DNA of 64,000 nt from Azolla caroliniana (GCA_043228905.1 JBHGNT010000013.1:16430001-16494000), one strand, 5' to 3'. Shown: positions 50,851 through 64,000, counted from the stretch's first letter. Translations and numbers: made by a program. Notes: a model not told the origin generated them from the letters alone.

Positions 50851-50956
50851 CCTAAGCAAGGCCAAATCCAAGTGTTCAACATAATAGATAAGGTCATGAA
50901 CACACATAAATGTCATGCACACCCATACAATCTCAGTTGTGTTTATAGGCTTATTA

Positions 50957-51362
50957 ACACCAATGCTCTATTATGGTTCCAACAATGCTCTTCAAGAAAT
51001 ACCTTGCCACTTCCACTATGAAGAAGAGTTGCAAATGTGTATCCAACCCTATGAAAAGTGTACTTGATGTTCTTATGTAGCAGTTATACTTGGGTTTCAC
51101 AATAGTATACTAGATCAAGGGAAACTCTTATCACTATACCATTTAGTCACAAACCCATTTTCTCTACGTTATCATCTTTTAACACCAATAACTCTATTAT
51201 GGTTCCAACAATGCTCTTCGAGAAATACCTTGCCACTTCCACTATGAAGAAGAGTTGCAAATGTGTATCCAACCCTATGAAAAATGTACTTGGTGTTCTT
51301 ATGTAGCACTTATAATAGATCGAGGGAAACTCTTATCACTATACCTTTTAGTCACAAACCCA
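50957..51362. repeat. Tandem duplication (~224 bp unit)
   Basis: aacaccaat..ctctattatggttccaacaatgc at 50957 and 51181. Confidence 0.9.
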
Positions 51363-52800
51363 TATCACCTTTTAGCAACTATGTAGAAAATATTTATAAC
51401 CAATAAAAACATCCAACATTCAATTGTCTGAACCTATAATCTAAATGTACAAGTGTGATTGTATTCATTTTGTACAATTGTAATCATTATTAAGCCTGAC
51501 ATGGTTAGTTTCACTATCAATTCTTAAGACATGACAATGAACGTAATGGTTAAATCATGCATACACTCTTATTGTATCCCATATCCTCAAGTCGAATTAC
51601 TAGAATGTAAAAATGGAAGTGGACCCAATATAAGTTCAAATCAGCCTTCCGAAGACAAAACTTCTCAATCAGGGCTATCTTACCACAATGACACAATGAA
51701 ATTACCACAATGCATAGTAAGATCATCAAATATCAATGAAATACATACCACTATGATGGATTTTAGAGGATATACACATGAAGTGATTTACCTCTACTAC
51801 GGTAAGCTCTATTAAATTGCAAACTCTTCATGTCATTAATTATATAATGCAAGGTACCCAAAGACATGATAAGATGGACTTTTGAGATAGAATTTTGAAA
51901 TGCTTCATTCTTAGGCAATTATGGCATATCTCTGCATTCCATAAAATGTTGCATAGTACTATCTTCTCTCATATGTATAAATGTTGATACAAAAAGAAAG
52001 TTTCACAACCAAACTCGCTTACCATATTTCTTGAGATCCAAACAAGTTGGGACATCTCAACAAAAGGCCAAGAATACGTATATGTTACATACATACATGC
52101 ATGCATACATACACATATACAAGCCTAGGTTAAAAAAAACTCAAGCATAATGCAAGTTGTACATGTTTACATGTGTTATTCAGTAGTTTTTTATAGTTGG
52201 CATCTAGAATGTCAAAAGTTTCACACATTTATTCACATGATTCGAAGATAACATGGCATGTTCATTGGACATTGGAAATGGGGAAGCAATAATATATTGC
52301 ATGAGGCCCATAAAAATGGTTTTGAGCAAACAGGTTGTGTCTTGTGCAAGTCAGTGAATGTGTACATTTGCGAAATTAAGCCTTAAATGAGATTCCACAA
52401 CAAAAGCTATAAAATGGTTTTTGATTGCCTAAAATATTAACTTGTGGTAATTGTTAGAAAACTATTTATGAAAGATGTACATCTTATAGATTTATTCTGA
52501 ACTATTCAAGCTCTATATATTAGTAGAGATGGTATATTCTATTAGAGTCTACCTAAGTGCATCCTAACATTGATTATTTTTCAAACAAAAGAAACCCACG
52601 AGCTCTTTTTAATAATGTCTATTTTTTGTGGTTAACATTTATTGGAAAGGTTGTGATTCCCATATAGTATTTTCATCATTAATTACTATTTTTATTTGAT
52701 ACATGGAAGACACTTCCAATAAAGTCTAGATATAAAAAGACTTATTGAACTTCATGTCATTAGGAGAACAAAGTAAGACACATTATTGGTGGAATTGATA

Positions 52801-53192
52801 TGGACATAGCGTTAGGTCCGAATAGGAAGGATAATTTATCATAAATAAATAAATGAGGAAGGGTTTGAGATGATCCCTAAACCCTAGTGGCATCCCATAT
52901 TGTCATGGATCATCTAGAGATGTGCCTTGTCTTAGATTAGATGTAGATGATTAGCACCTCAAAACAAGAGCTTAGCCAACCCACCAAAGTCCCAGAGTCT
53001 CACTAAGGAGATACTAAAATGAGGTGGCTAGTTCCATACTTATATCTGATGCCAATGGCTCATTGACCACCATGTAGGTGCCCAAGTGATGCTAACCATG
53101 TTAGGTTGCCTCAAATCCTAGGATAAGTATCCTTCCTCATTTATTTATTTATGATACATTAGCCTTCACATTTGGACCTATAGTTATGTCCA
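52801..53192. mobile_element. Foldback/MITE with ~62-bp TIRs, flanked by TA
   Basis: 52801-52862 is the near reverse complement of 53131-53192. Confidence 0.8.
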
Positions 53193-54149
53193 TAACAAGA
53201 ATGTTTGAGATATGTAATGTCAACACGTGTATTTAGGTACTGAAGTAAGTGATGAATCATGGACATCTAGAGACTAGAACCGTTGATAATGTGTGTGTTT
53301 TCTGACCTTTAGAGTTCATAGTGGGGAAACAGAAAGGTAGAACTTCATATGTCAAACTTGCATGAGGACGAATATGTGGTAAGAAAATGGTGATCAAGTT
53401 AAATGATACATATAGTTGAGGTTTATACAATGAAAGTGCAATTTCATTGGTTTGGTAAAAACACATATTTATGTATGCATATTTGTATTTTTTACGTTCA
53501 AAGGATATTTTTTATACATGTTTTTTTAATCATTTTAAATGAGAATCAACCCTCTTCACTCTCTTGTGACTAAGCTTATGCTATAACAATGAACTCTTTT
53601 ATTATCCTTGTCTTTTAAAGGGAAATATGGCCCCAGCTATCTTATGGGAAAAGGGGCATGACAACGTTGTAAAGCCAAGTTTTTGGGAGAGAATGACCTC
53701 AAGCTAATGTTATGAAGAGTAAAATATGTGTAAATATTATCCACAACAAATTGTTAGTTGGCATTCCCAAAGTTTCTATACATGATATTTTTATTTCTTT
53801 AAACATTTGTCGAGATACCAACTAGAGGAAACTTTGTGCTACTCGCAACTAGATTCAAATAAAGTGCTTTGATTTATGCATGTATAACCATAGTGTGCTT
53901 TTACATTGGTATGATTGGGTGCAAAATGATGTTGTAGGTCTTGATTTACCTATTTAGCATTTAGAGGCAAAGCATAACAAATTTAGTAGGTTGGTATGGA
54001 CAACTGCACCTCGTCAACATTCAACTCTATCTTGCGGTCAAATATAAACAAATTATTAGAATGATTAGCGTATGTATTGATATTGATCTCTATTTATATT
54101 AAAAAATTGTCTCTAATTCCACTTTTCCACACTCTTATTAGAATCTAGC

Positions 54150-55950
54150 GCAATGGATTTCGAATCTTGCAAAAAAGAAGGCTCTATAAAGTATTCATTA
54201 GAAGTTTTGTCATAGCTTGGAGGAAGAGCATTCTCCTAGTGAAAGGTGTAAAAGATATTATCATGATGCAAATTAGGGGTTGGGAATTTACGAGGAGAAT
54301 AAATAGTTTAAGCTTTGGTTTGTCTTTGATTTTCATGCATAAGAAGTGGGAGAAATTTAGATTTAGACATTGGTTCTCCTTTCCATTGATAGGGGAGGAT
54401 ATGACAAAATAGATGAAAGTCAAAAGGCATGTCTAAGAATGAAAATACATCGTAGCTCAAGCTAATGGAAAATCGGAATGTGATTGTTTCGTGAACGAGA
54501 CAAGGGTTTATTGTAATACTTACATCACCACCATGTTTCCTACTTTCCCCGTGGAAAAACGAAGTGCCAAGTGGTTTCTACTTATCCGATGATTGCAACC
54601 GAGTTTGAACTTTTACTAGTCACAAGTTCAAGCTCAATATTGTGTTTAAATGCGCTTTGTGTAGCCACATGGCCATATAACTAGGAGAAGAGCATGAAGA
54701 TTCACATTTGTATAGAGCACAACACCGTTTGAAATGACACGATTCACATCTACAATTCTTAGACAACACATGAAGCAAGGTGGATTGCACAATGTCGTAA
54801 AAAATAACAACATAAACAAATTAGTCAATGACATCTACAATTTGTGTGTCAATTGCCAATGTCTTGCATAAACAAGAGAAAACATTGATATTCAAGTAGA
54901 TCGTGAAACCATTTGACATTCTCTTTAGAAAATGTGAAAGCGCATCAATGCATTTCATTGTCTCGTTGATGTTTTTAATGAACCAGTCTAGACATGTCTC
55001 ATGCCACAACATGTCTTGTTTTGCTAAAGCAAAAGTATTGTAGGAAGATTTTATAATAACAAACATGATGAACCAACATTTCTAGGAAGTAAAAAACAAG
55101 GCCAAATCTAGTAATTGGTAAGTTAGAGGGAGAATGAGTATAAGTTGTTAGATAGATGAGAATTTTCATAGAAATGCTTCCTAGGATCCATTTCCAACCC
55201 TTGATGAGAAGTTTATGATATTTATATATGCTAGAGAAAGGCATGGTTAAACAAACTATTGTTTATGGTTTTTTTATGTGCATTCTATAGATAAAAAAAC
55301 CATCCATCACTTTACATGTCCTTCTCTTCTATAATAGTTGGGTTCATGTGTAACACTAATAACTTTTCTAAAAAGGGAACATCCATTGCATTTTCTATCA
55401 CAAACAAATTTACAATACTCGTCTCCGATACAAATTCTTAACCATGTTAAAATAAATATATATGACAAATGTTGACAATTTGGTTTCTTTTCCTTGGGAT
55501 AAGATGACATGATAGTTTAACTGTATTCAAATTTACATTTTCAAGAGATTGACAATAGCCTTTTATGGTGTAAAGGGAATGATGGCACGTCATATGAAGT
55601 CACAATAGTACGCGTGACACTACAAACACACGAACAAATCCAAAACAAATCATAAAGCAAACCTTGCTTTCATCAACTTTTAGAAAAAAGTGTGGGAACT
55701 CATGATGGTATTACAAAAGAGTTGTGGGCCTGTGGATGCACCGAATACATGATGATGCAATTCCATGTGATCTTGTTCATCGGCACACGTTCTTGTTGCA
55801 TGCATATAAAGCCTTTTTTTACACGCCAGAGTTGTTATGGAAACATAAATAGAAGTGCAAGGGATGTTGGTTCAATGTTTCCAAGTTATAATACTCAAAA
55901 AGTTTATAATGCCAAAAAAATTCTACAAAAGTATTTTTAATGACAACCAT
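54150..55950 (+). pseudogene. Possible decayed Mutator-like transposase
   Basis: SWIM-like remnant YEV...CGC.EY...(fs)IPCDLV near 55590-55780; AWR motif near 54215. Weak. Confidence 0.3.
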
Positions 55951-57415
55951 GTGAACGAGGTACCTAACTTTGCTTTAACTTATTTATGGTACTACCAAAA
56001 TTTGGACATGTACAAGTATGCATTTGCAATGAAAAATTCAATAACTACTTAGAAGTAATTCCTCTTTGAGGATGACAGACTACAATTTATAGAACATCAA
56101 TTGGTGGTGTGATGGACTCCAATGGCATCAACTACATCTTTTTGCAACATAATGGCTACTAGTGATTATTCATGTAACAATAATGGTCCTCATAGAGAGT
56201 GACACCATTAAACATGTGATGTAACCTACTTAGCTACAAAATCTAACAACCCAAATTTGTCGCGAGGAATGAATATGTGTGGCAAGGACCACACAAACCT
56301 TATACTTGTGGAGTATGTAACCCCTTAATTTAAGTGTGCATCTTGCCACAACTTTTCATACAACTCCTCAATGAGGTTGAATGATTATGGCCAAGCAGAT
56401 CTGTTTTTTTTGTTACATTTGTTTCCTTGTTGGACTTCACGGGGTAAAGCCTATTGAGTGAAGAATAAATGTTGAAACAATGTAGCTGTATTTTGCTAAA
56501 TTTTGCCAATAGCTCTTTCCAACAAACAAAGATAAGAAATGTCAAATAGGTACCTATTAACAAATCACATGACTCAACACTTCCAAGTAGGAAACTCTCA
56601 AATTTGGATGCAATCTTAAGTGGGAAACTATAAATTAGAGATGCAACTTCACTAAAGCAAACCAAGTTTCTTCTTATCATAAGAGCTCCACTTGTACATC
56701 ATACCGTCCTTTGTCACCCTCTATGAAATCTGATGTACTTTCTTACCATCATAATGGCAAAAACTCTTCTTTGGTATTCTACTTTGATTTATTCACTCTA
56801 AATTCACGTTTGGGTCTTCATATAATAACGAGCGCTCACAAACATAACTGTTGTTGCTTTATCAATTATAAAGTGAAGTAGATAACAATTGTCAGGCTGT
56901 TCTGAAAGTTATTTAGATCATTTCATTGTATCAGGTGATATCCTCAAGGTTTAGTGAATGTAACTACACCATATTGTCTTTTTGTTGCACATCAACACAA
57001 TTAAAATCCTTCAAGTGCTCCCTCCCTCCATGATGTCTTTTTGTTGCACATCAACACAATTAAAATGCTTCAAGGGAGCAATAATCCCACCATAATGTCT
57101 TCTTGTTGCACATCACAATTAAAATGCTTCAAGGGAGCAGTAATCCCGCCATAATGTCTTCTTGTTGCACATCACAATTAAAATGCTTCAAGGGAGCAGT
57201 AATCCCGCCATAATGTCTTCTTGTTGCACATCACAATTAAAATGCTTCAAGGGAGCAATAATCCCGCCATAATGTCTTCTTGTTGCACATCACAATTAAA
57301 ATGCTTCAAGGGAGCAGTAATCCCGCCATTATGTCTTCTTGTTGCACATCACAATTAAAATGCTTCAAGGGAGCAATACTCCCTCCGTAATGTCCTCTTG
57401 TGGCACATCAACACA

Positions 57416-57532
57416 GCAGTTGTTAGTGGCAGTAGTTTAGTGGTTAGAATTCCACGTTGTGGCCGTGGAGACCTGGGCTTGAATCCCAGCAGCCACATAC
57501 ATTTCTTATGGACAATAATAATTCTAATTCTA
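57416..57532 (+). mobile_element. tRNA-His-derived SINE (117 bp) with LINE-type tail
   Basis: TSD atcaacaca/atcaacata; 10-nt leader, tRNA head, then tail ttatggacaataataattctaattcta. Confidence 0.85.
57426..57497 (+). tRNA. tRNA-His(GTG) sequence, probably a non-functional SINE head
   Basis: Full cloverleaf matching plant cytosolic tRNA-His except an A:A acceptor-stem mismatch and T-loop C56>T; no T4 terminator. Confidence 0.85.
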
Positions 57533-58272
57533 ATCAACATAATTAAAATGCTTCAACACAGCAATCTTCCTTATGTGTGGGATGAATTAACTTTTGTTGG
57601 GCAATGTTGATTTCAAAAATGCCCAACACTACTCAAACAAAGCACAAAGAGGAATGTCTGTCAATCACATTGCAAGAAACTTAATTAAGCTTACTTACAA
57701 TCATGAAAACCATAAAGAATACAATCTAAGTCATTGATTACATGTACACATTAAGCTTACAATCAAGTCATTAACTACATGTACACATTATTACAAGATC
57801 TTCAAGTACACTGCCATCGAATGTGTCAAACAACCAAGTACATAACTTTATTACTGTCATAGATGCATGGGAAATATATTTTATATATAGCCCTGTAATA
57901 AACAGAGTCATGCAGCTTACACAGCAACAATCATCACACGTTAATTCCTAATCACAATACTTAACGTACAATAACGCAATCATATTGTAGCACCACTAGA
58001 ACCGAGGGAGAGCTTAACCATAATCATACATAGATTGGAAATGTCAAATCTCTTTATAAAAAATGTTAATACTCAAATACAATGGTTAATTGTTATACCA
58101 AGAATCGTTCGCTATAAGAAAACAATGTCAAACAAAATACTCCTTACTCATGAATATGAGATGGATCTATACTGGTTCTTAAGAAAACAGATGTATGTGT
58201 ACACCTACTTCAACAGGGGTTTTCTTTAAGTACATGTTAATAAGTAGAAACTCACCTTACTTACAAAACTTA

Positions 58273-61200
58273 TCACCTCCTATGGCTTCTCCACCGAGTT
58301 TCAACGCGTTTTAATATACTCTCTTCCTTTTCAACAGCCGGTTCTCTTGCTTGTGTAAGCATCTCCCTTAGTGATTCATTGTCTTTCTTCAGTTGCTCAA
58401 TCTGCTCTTGATGTGTAAGCAACTGTCAAAGTTATACAGAATTTATGACTTGCAGCAAAAATGATGGTGGAACCCACAAATTTCAAAATAAGAGAATCTT
58501 ACTGTTAGTAGAACCCTATTTTCTGTTTGCAACCTGGTAACCTGTAATAATGCAGCCAAAGCCAGAAAATATGTGTTAAATAATCCCTCTCTCAAGCAAG
58601 TGGCAACCTCTTGGATTCGTTTCAATTTTTTATGAAGGGAATCAAGAGTACCAACACATGCTTGAGATATCCATCAAAAAGACAAGTTTCACATCCACAA
58701 GCAACACTAGCACCAATAATGAGGCTGCAATGGTAATAGTTACAGATGGTAATCCTTGTAGCTGTCAAGGGCGCATTTGTACTCTTCGCATTCATGCATA
58801 AATATTACCCACAAAACAGGCCTTAACCTTCTCTAGTGATCCATCTGTATACTTGGGATGCTAGGTTCAATGAAGACTTTCAAACCCTTTTTAAATGCAG
58901 AGATAGACTCCCAACCTTCATTCAATAAAACAGAGACTGGTGTCATAACATCTCTAGATTTGCAGGAAGTAGACCGGAGTAGACTTGTGCATATCACAAG
59001 TTGTGATCGACTATAGCAAGGCTCCAATTCGTAGGGCAATACTAGTAAAACAAAGTTGCTAACCATAGAAAGGGAGGTTGAAATGGAGCACAACATCGTA
59101 AAAAAAAACAGCACATAAAATACACAAAATATAAAAACGAGCAGCAACTAGCATTAGAGGGTGAGAGAATACAGAGCATGGCTGCAAATATTACTTAATT
59201 ATAAACTAAGAAACTACAAACACTCTTTCACTATTTCTAGAAACTACAGTTTTCTGCAATATACTTTAATATTATGTCAATAATGTGGAAGCAATGTCAA
59301 TAATGTGGGCGTCAAGTGTCAATCCAAAGGATATGAATTGTCAATAATGTGGGAATTCTTAAATCAACATTTCTCCATTATAAAGTTATTTTGTCCAACA
59401 TATAATAGGGTTGTTTCTCCCTGCTTGAGGCATCTCTTAGCAACTTGAAGTCTGGACTGCTTTGGAATTTGAATCATTACCAATCAACAGTTTTTAGGAA
59501 GTTGAGGTTTATAGTTGAGGTTTATACAATGAAAGTGCATTACCAGAGACAATAAAACCCTACAAAAAAGATAACTAATACTTACCTCAAGTTTTGTTGC
59601 ATCTTGACTTGATTGAGCCTTAGGGTGAACAGAGGAAGAACCATTTAACAGTCCACCGAGAAGATTTTCTGTCTGTAGAGGTGTATTCTCTTTCATAATG
59701 CCCAAGTTTGGCAAAGATTTTTCATTGACAGCAGTAGAGTTAGCCTCTCCTAAATCATTTTCTGTGCTTCCTGTAACTGACTTCATTCGCTCATTGAGAA
59801 TAGACAAGCCTTGCTATATACCATTACATGGATGTAACAAGGTTAGTATAGACAACCCCCAACAGTTTGGTTTTGGAAAGCAATATATAGCTTTAGGTGA
59901 AGAGTAACTCACTTCTGTAATATTTTTCAGCTGTGATACAGCTCCTGGTTTGAGAGTTACACCTATATATCAAAAAGAGCAGAAAGGCGCTGTTTACGAG
60001 AAAGAAGTCTAAAGGCTAGAAATCCACTCTTACTTTCCAACCAAGGAGATCTTATGTTTAGCAGCCTGTCATTATTTTTACACATCACCAGAATAACACA
60101 ACTGAATAATTCTTTAAAACTGCAAATCTGAGACTGTGTTGTTTCACATATATTTTTCCACATCAGAAAACCTAAGAGCATAACCATATACAGAATTACA
60201 AAGATAAATAGGACTTCATGTCCCGTCTGAGATAAATGTATGACCTATAGATGCATTTCCGTTCTATGTTCTTTAGAACCCCCTTCCTTTAACTCTATAT
60301 ACCTGTCATACCAGAGTGCCATATTCTTAATTTAATGATCCTTAACAATGCTTTGAATGTGTTCTGTACTTCGAATTCTCCAACATAAGTGAGCTGTAAT
60401 CCAGACTGAAGATACATTGAATATGTTATCTTGAATCTACACCACTCTGAGAATATGTGTTGAGAGTGACCTTATGGATTGGCTTTCTAACAACATTATG
60501 CAAACACTTCTAAAGTTTGAGGTATTCTTGACTTCAATTAGGCTTTGGCTGCCCCATGCAACTCCTGTGGTTAAAATTTAGAATTTCGGCTAAGAAAACG
60601 TTTTCAATTTCTTGTGTGTCGGTGCATACCTTTAACATTAGCACACATCTTAAATCATTCAAATCAAGCACAGTACACCAACACATGCATGTAATGAATG
60701 CATACATACATTTCAAAGAACCAAAGTACATCCTTCATCCATAATTCCTTCTCTCATAACCACACCTAATCCAAACCCATGCCCTACGCCAACACCACAT
60801 CCAATCCCTGCCTGTAAATTCTTGATTCCTAACTTCTTGATCTGGCAAAGGAAAATTGATTATCATATCAAAATAGTATCAGAGTGAACTATATTAAATT
60901 TTCACCTTAAAAGTTATCGAACTATATTAAAACTTAAAAAAGCATCATTACCCAAGTTTGTACATGGCTTCCTACACCATTAAATGAACCAAGTGGAATA
61001 TTATTCAACCCTGGTACCGCACCTGGATTAAATCCATGTAAAGCGCATGATTTAAGAACCATTTGAAACATCAACAATTAGCATGTCCAAAAAGACTGGA
61101 TGCATTACAAACAAAAAACTTGTTATCACATCCAACAGAGTTACATGTATGCAAAATATCTAGGAAGGAAGTGCTTGAAGTGAAAATATACACTACCCAT

Positions 61201-62512
61201 TGGAAACATCAACATGTCCGAAAAAGACTGGATGTATTACAAACAATAAACTTGTTATCACATCCAACAGAGTTACATGTATGCAAAATATCTGGGAAGG
61301 ACTGCTTAAGTCAAAATATACACCTGGTTTCTGGCCAAATATCCTACCAAGGTTAAGTTATCTCTCATTTTCAACTGAGATCTTTTACAGAATTTTCAAC
61401 TGCTTAAGTCGAAGATGGCCCTAGCCTTGCCTCGGTCATGCTTTACTAGGCTTATACACATTTGCTTACGCTGTCCCCTCTTCAGCTCACCCCAGCCCCC
61501 ATCTTGAGGGACGTTGCCCTCAAGGCTTCACACCAAGTCTTTACAGTCAAAGCGTGCTTGAGCAAGGTCAGGCAGAACCGTTGCCCGATGGGAACCTCCC
61601 CCATATTGCTATCGATGTCTTCATGTCGCACGTGCCTGAAAGCGGTTCATCCGGGCCGGCGGCGAGGAATTGACTGGTGTCAACCCTTGGGACGTACTAC
61701 CGCCCCAGGTGGCGAAGAGCCGACATCGAGGTGCCAAACCTTCCCGTCGATGTGAAGTTAGTATCAAGAGTTATTGCACCCAATCAGATTTGAAGTATCA
61801 CAAATGAGAGTTAGAGACATGGACCAGTAAGTTTTACAAGCTTTATGCTAAAAAGTGTCAAATTCGTGAAGACATTGTCTCACAAACGTTGTCATTTTTT
61901 TTGAAAGATGGTCTTTCTAGGGCTACTAATACTAGAAACTCGAGTTTTAAAAAAATCATTACAATTTTAAGAGCATTACTCAGTATCAAATCCCTTTATT
62001 TTAAGAGCATTACCTATTATCAAAATCCCTTCATTCTAACTGATTTACAACTTTCCTCTCCTTTTCTATCTCATCTTTTATGGTATGCGACACCAGGTTT
62101 CATCAGCTTTTTAGCATCTTAATTTCATACGGCAACTAAAACTTAGATACAGATACAATCTTTTTCGCCTAAAGAGTATTAGTATGTTGATTTCACGGTG
62201 CAACGAAATCTTAGATTAAGTACATACATTTGATAACAGTAATTCGACTTCACAATGAAGTCCATGGATTATAAAGTCCGTTGCATAGACAAAAGTATAT
62301 ATGTATATACCACATAGGAATGTGTTTCAAATATAAGAGAGACAGTGGAGGTGAGAGAATTGACCTAGGTTTATGGGGCGGCCGACGCCGATGCCGACGC
62401 CACAGCCGACACCAAATCCTGTGAATATCTGCAGAACCCTGATAGCGAAGGGGTTATAGAGCGTGGGCAGGCGGAATCCACCCCCTCCCTTCTCTGCCAA
62501 AGATGGTGGCAT
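58273..62512 (-). CDS. Conserved uncharacterised plant protein (two GxGxG glycine-rich segments plus C-terminal coiled coil), 253 aa. Exons 62512-62365, 61022-60952, 60841-60766, 59962-59913, 59813-59586, 58541-58503, 58422-58273
   Basis: All six introns are GT-AG and phases join into a 762-nt ORF: [31 protein letters not shown]...[22 protein letters not shown]...[33 protein letters not shown]. Confidence 0.88.
61063..61325. repeat. Tandem duplication (~135 bp) in intron 1
   Basis: catgtcc.aaaagactggatg...tatacac is repeated. Confidence 0.85.
61425..61631 (-). other. Probable organellar group II intron 5' fragment (NUMT-like)
   Basis: GC-richer island whose minus strand starts GTGCGACATGAAG...GATAGCAATATGGGGG, typical of a group II domain I start. 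Confidence 0.5.
61681..61756 (-). rRNA. Plastid-type 23S rRNA domain V fragment (NUPT pseudogene)
   Basis: TTCACATCGACGGGAAGGTTTGGCACCTCGATGTCGGCTCTTCGCCACCTGGGGC...CCAAGGGTTG. Confidence 0.88.
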
Positions 62513-62527
62513 GCTGCTCTGTTCTTC

Positions 62528-62587
<60 letters not shown>

Positions 62588-62669
62588 CACACAGCCTCTT
62601 CTCCCGCTAAACAAAACCTCCACCCAATTTGCTAAGTATTATTATTTGCTCACATTTGGGCACTCCGAA

Positions 62670-62954
62670 TTGGGAACAGCTCGGCTCCAGCCTGAACTGA
62701 ACCGTTAAACCGTTTATAAATGGTTTGCCGGTTTGGTTCAATTTAGGCTTCAGCTTCCTTAACCGGTTTGGGATGGCTCAAGCTGCAACCCAAACCGATT
62801 CGGGCCAAACTAGTTAAGGCTTAATCGGCATGTCTAAACCTTAGGAGCTGATTCAATTCAAGTTTGGAAACTCCCAAATCGGTTACGGCTTAACCGGTCT
62901 ACTTTGAACAAGGCCAAACAAGTTAAGTCGAAATCGAACCGTTCTTGATTCCTA
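62670..62954. mobile_element. hAT-like MITE upstream of the 7-exon gene
   Basis: AACCG/CGGTT-rich; right end ...gattccta resembles the TIR at 32409. Confidence 0.5.
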
Positions 62955-64000
62955 CTAATCACTCCTACATCTGGACCTTGAAAACTTGTCGGGTCTCAAC
63001 GACCTCCCATTTCGTCCTACCATGCAATAGGGGCCTACCCATACTACACGCCATTCCATGCAACACAGACAACTCCAATGCCATTGCCTGAGCCTTGCAA
63101 TCAGCAAGTCATAGAGGCTCTAGATGGCTCAATTCGATTCGGTGACAAACCTTATCCAAAGCATGGGACTCAACTATCAAATGCCAAGGACTCATGACAA
63201 ACACTTGGTTTTTTGTTTTCGATCTCTCAATGTAAAAACACTAGGGATCTTAGTATTCTCCATTATTCATGGTCACGCTCACAACTCATCCACGGGAAGG
63301 ACACTTGAAAATACTTTTCCATTCAATCAAAAAGGCAAAAAACTTGTAGCAAGATCAGTTCTCTACATATACCCATGTCATCAAAATTCACATAACTTCC
63401 TTTGGAAAGATTGCTAATGTGTGCCAACATCATTTTAATGCCCCATATTCTTCAGAAAACAAAATTAGGTTTACAAGTCACCATTCAAAGGAAAATTTCA
63501 ATGAGAGATTGGCTTTCATTTGATACTCAAAAGAGAAAATGGTTCAGGTGTTGATTTGAAATCAAATACATCGGAACATTAACATTTTGATGTTTTCAAG
63601 ATTCTTTGATTGATTAGCTTGGGTCAAACACAATTCATTAAATTAAACGAGCCTATCGAGATGGCAATTTGAGTGATCATGTATACAAATCGTAAGTGGA
63701 TTGTAGATCCCGATCCAATTGAAATATAGCATAAATAGCAGATACCTGTACATGAATACACATGGCTATGTACGGTTAGTTGGGACCCTTTGCAATAAAG
63801 ATGGTGTGCTCTTTGTGGGAGCTAAGGAAGCAAAGACATCCTTGTCTTCCAATTCACAATTGAATTGGGTCACCACATCCTAGCTCCTCAAACCATCAAA
63901 GAAACATGTCATGTTCCCCTTACAACCATTGCCAAGTTAAGGTAGTAATTATAGAAACAAGAATAAGCTAGGCGAATTGCCACTTTCAATAGAATACATA

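Larger units (their letters stand above)
56969..57557. repeat. Tandem array of eight 59-62 bp units; the last is interrupted by a SINE
   Basis: Unit starts at 56969, 57028, 57090, 57149, 57208, 57267, 57326, 57385. Confidence 0.95.

Noticed and set aside
56969-57415. CRISPR-like array
   Set aside because: Units are contiguous near-identical repeats with no unique spacers, no cas genes, and the context is eukaryotic.
57426-57497. Functional tRNA-His gene
   Set aside because: Acceptor-stem and T-loop substitutions, no T4 terminator, LINE-like tail and TSD.
63000-64000. Possible LINE remnant
   Set aside because: No motif clear enough to support a call.

Overview
Land-plant nuclear DNA, probably from a non-seed plant such as a fern or lycophyte. 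That assignment is an inference from the Tcn1-like self-priming chromovirus and the RTEX-like LINE. Bases 1-32.4 kb are a stack of nested, decayed retroelements: at least six Ty1/copia copies, two tRNA-Trp-primed LTR elements, one young chromovirus, solo LTRs and LINE fragments. The rest of the window holds two host genes: an intronless SIAMESE-RELATED CDK inhibitor (35544-36461, -) and a 7-exon gene for a conserved glycine-rich/coiled-coil protein (58273-62512, -). It also holds old gypsy and LINE relics, MITEs, a 59-bp tandem array, a tRNA-His-derived SINE and a chimeric organellar insertion. Most notable: (1) two unrelated LTR families each carry a tRNA-spaced Pol III promoter cassette, antisense, inside U3; (2) a minimal tRNA-His SINE shares its 3' tail with the RTEX-like LINE in the same window; (3) the tRNA-Trp-primed family keeps an identical non-canonical PPT and a cryptic 3' ORF; (4) one copia lineage has two PPT motifs. 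All calls were made by eye, with no database searches.
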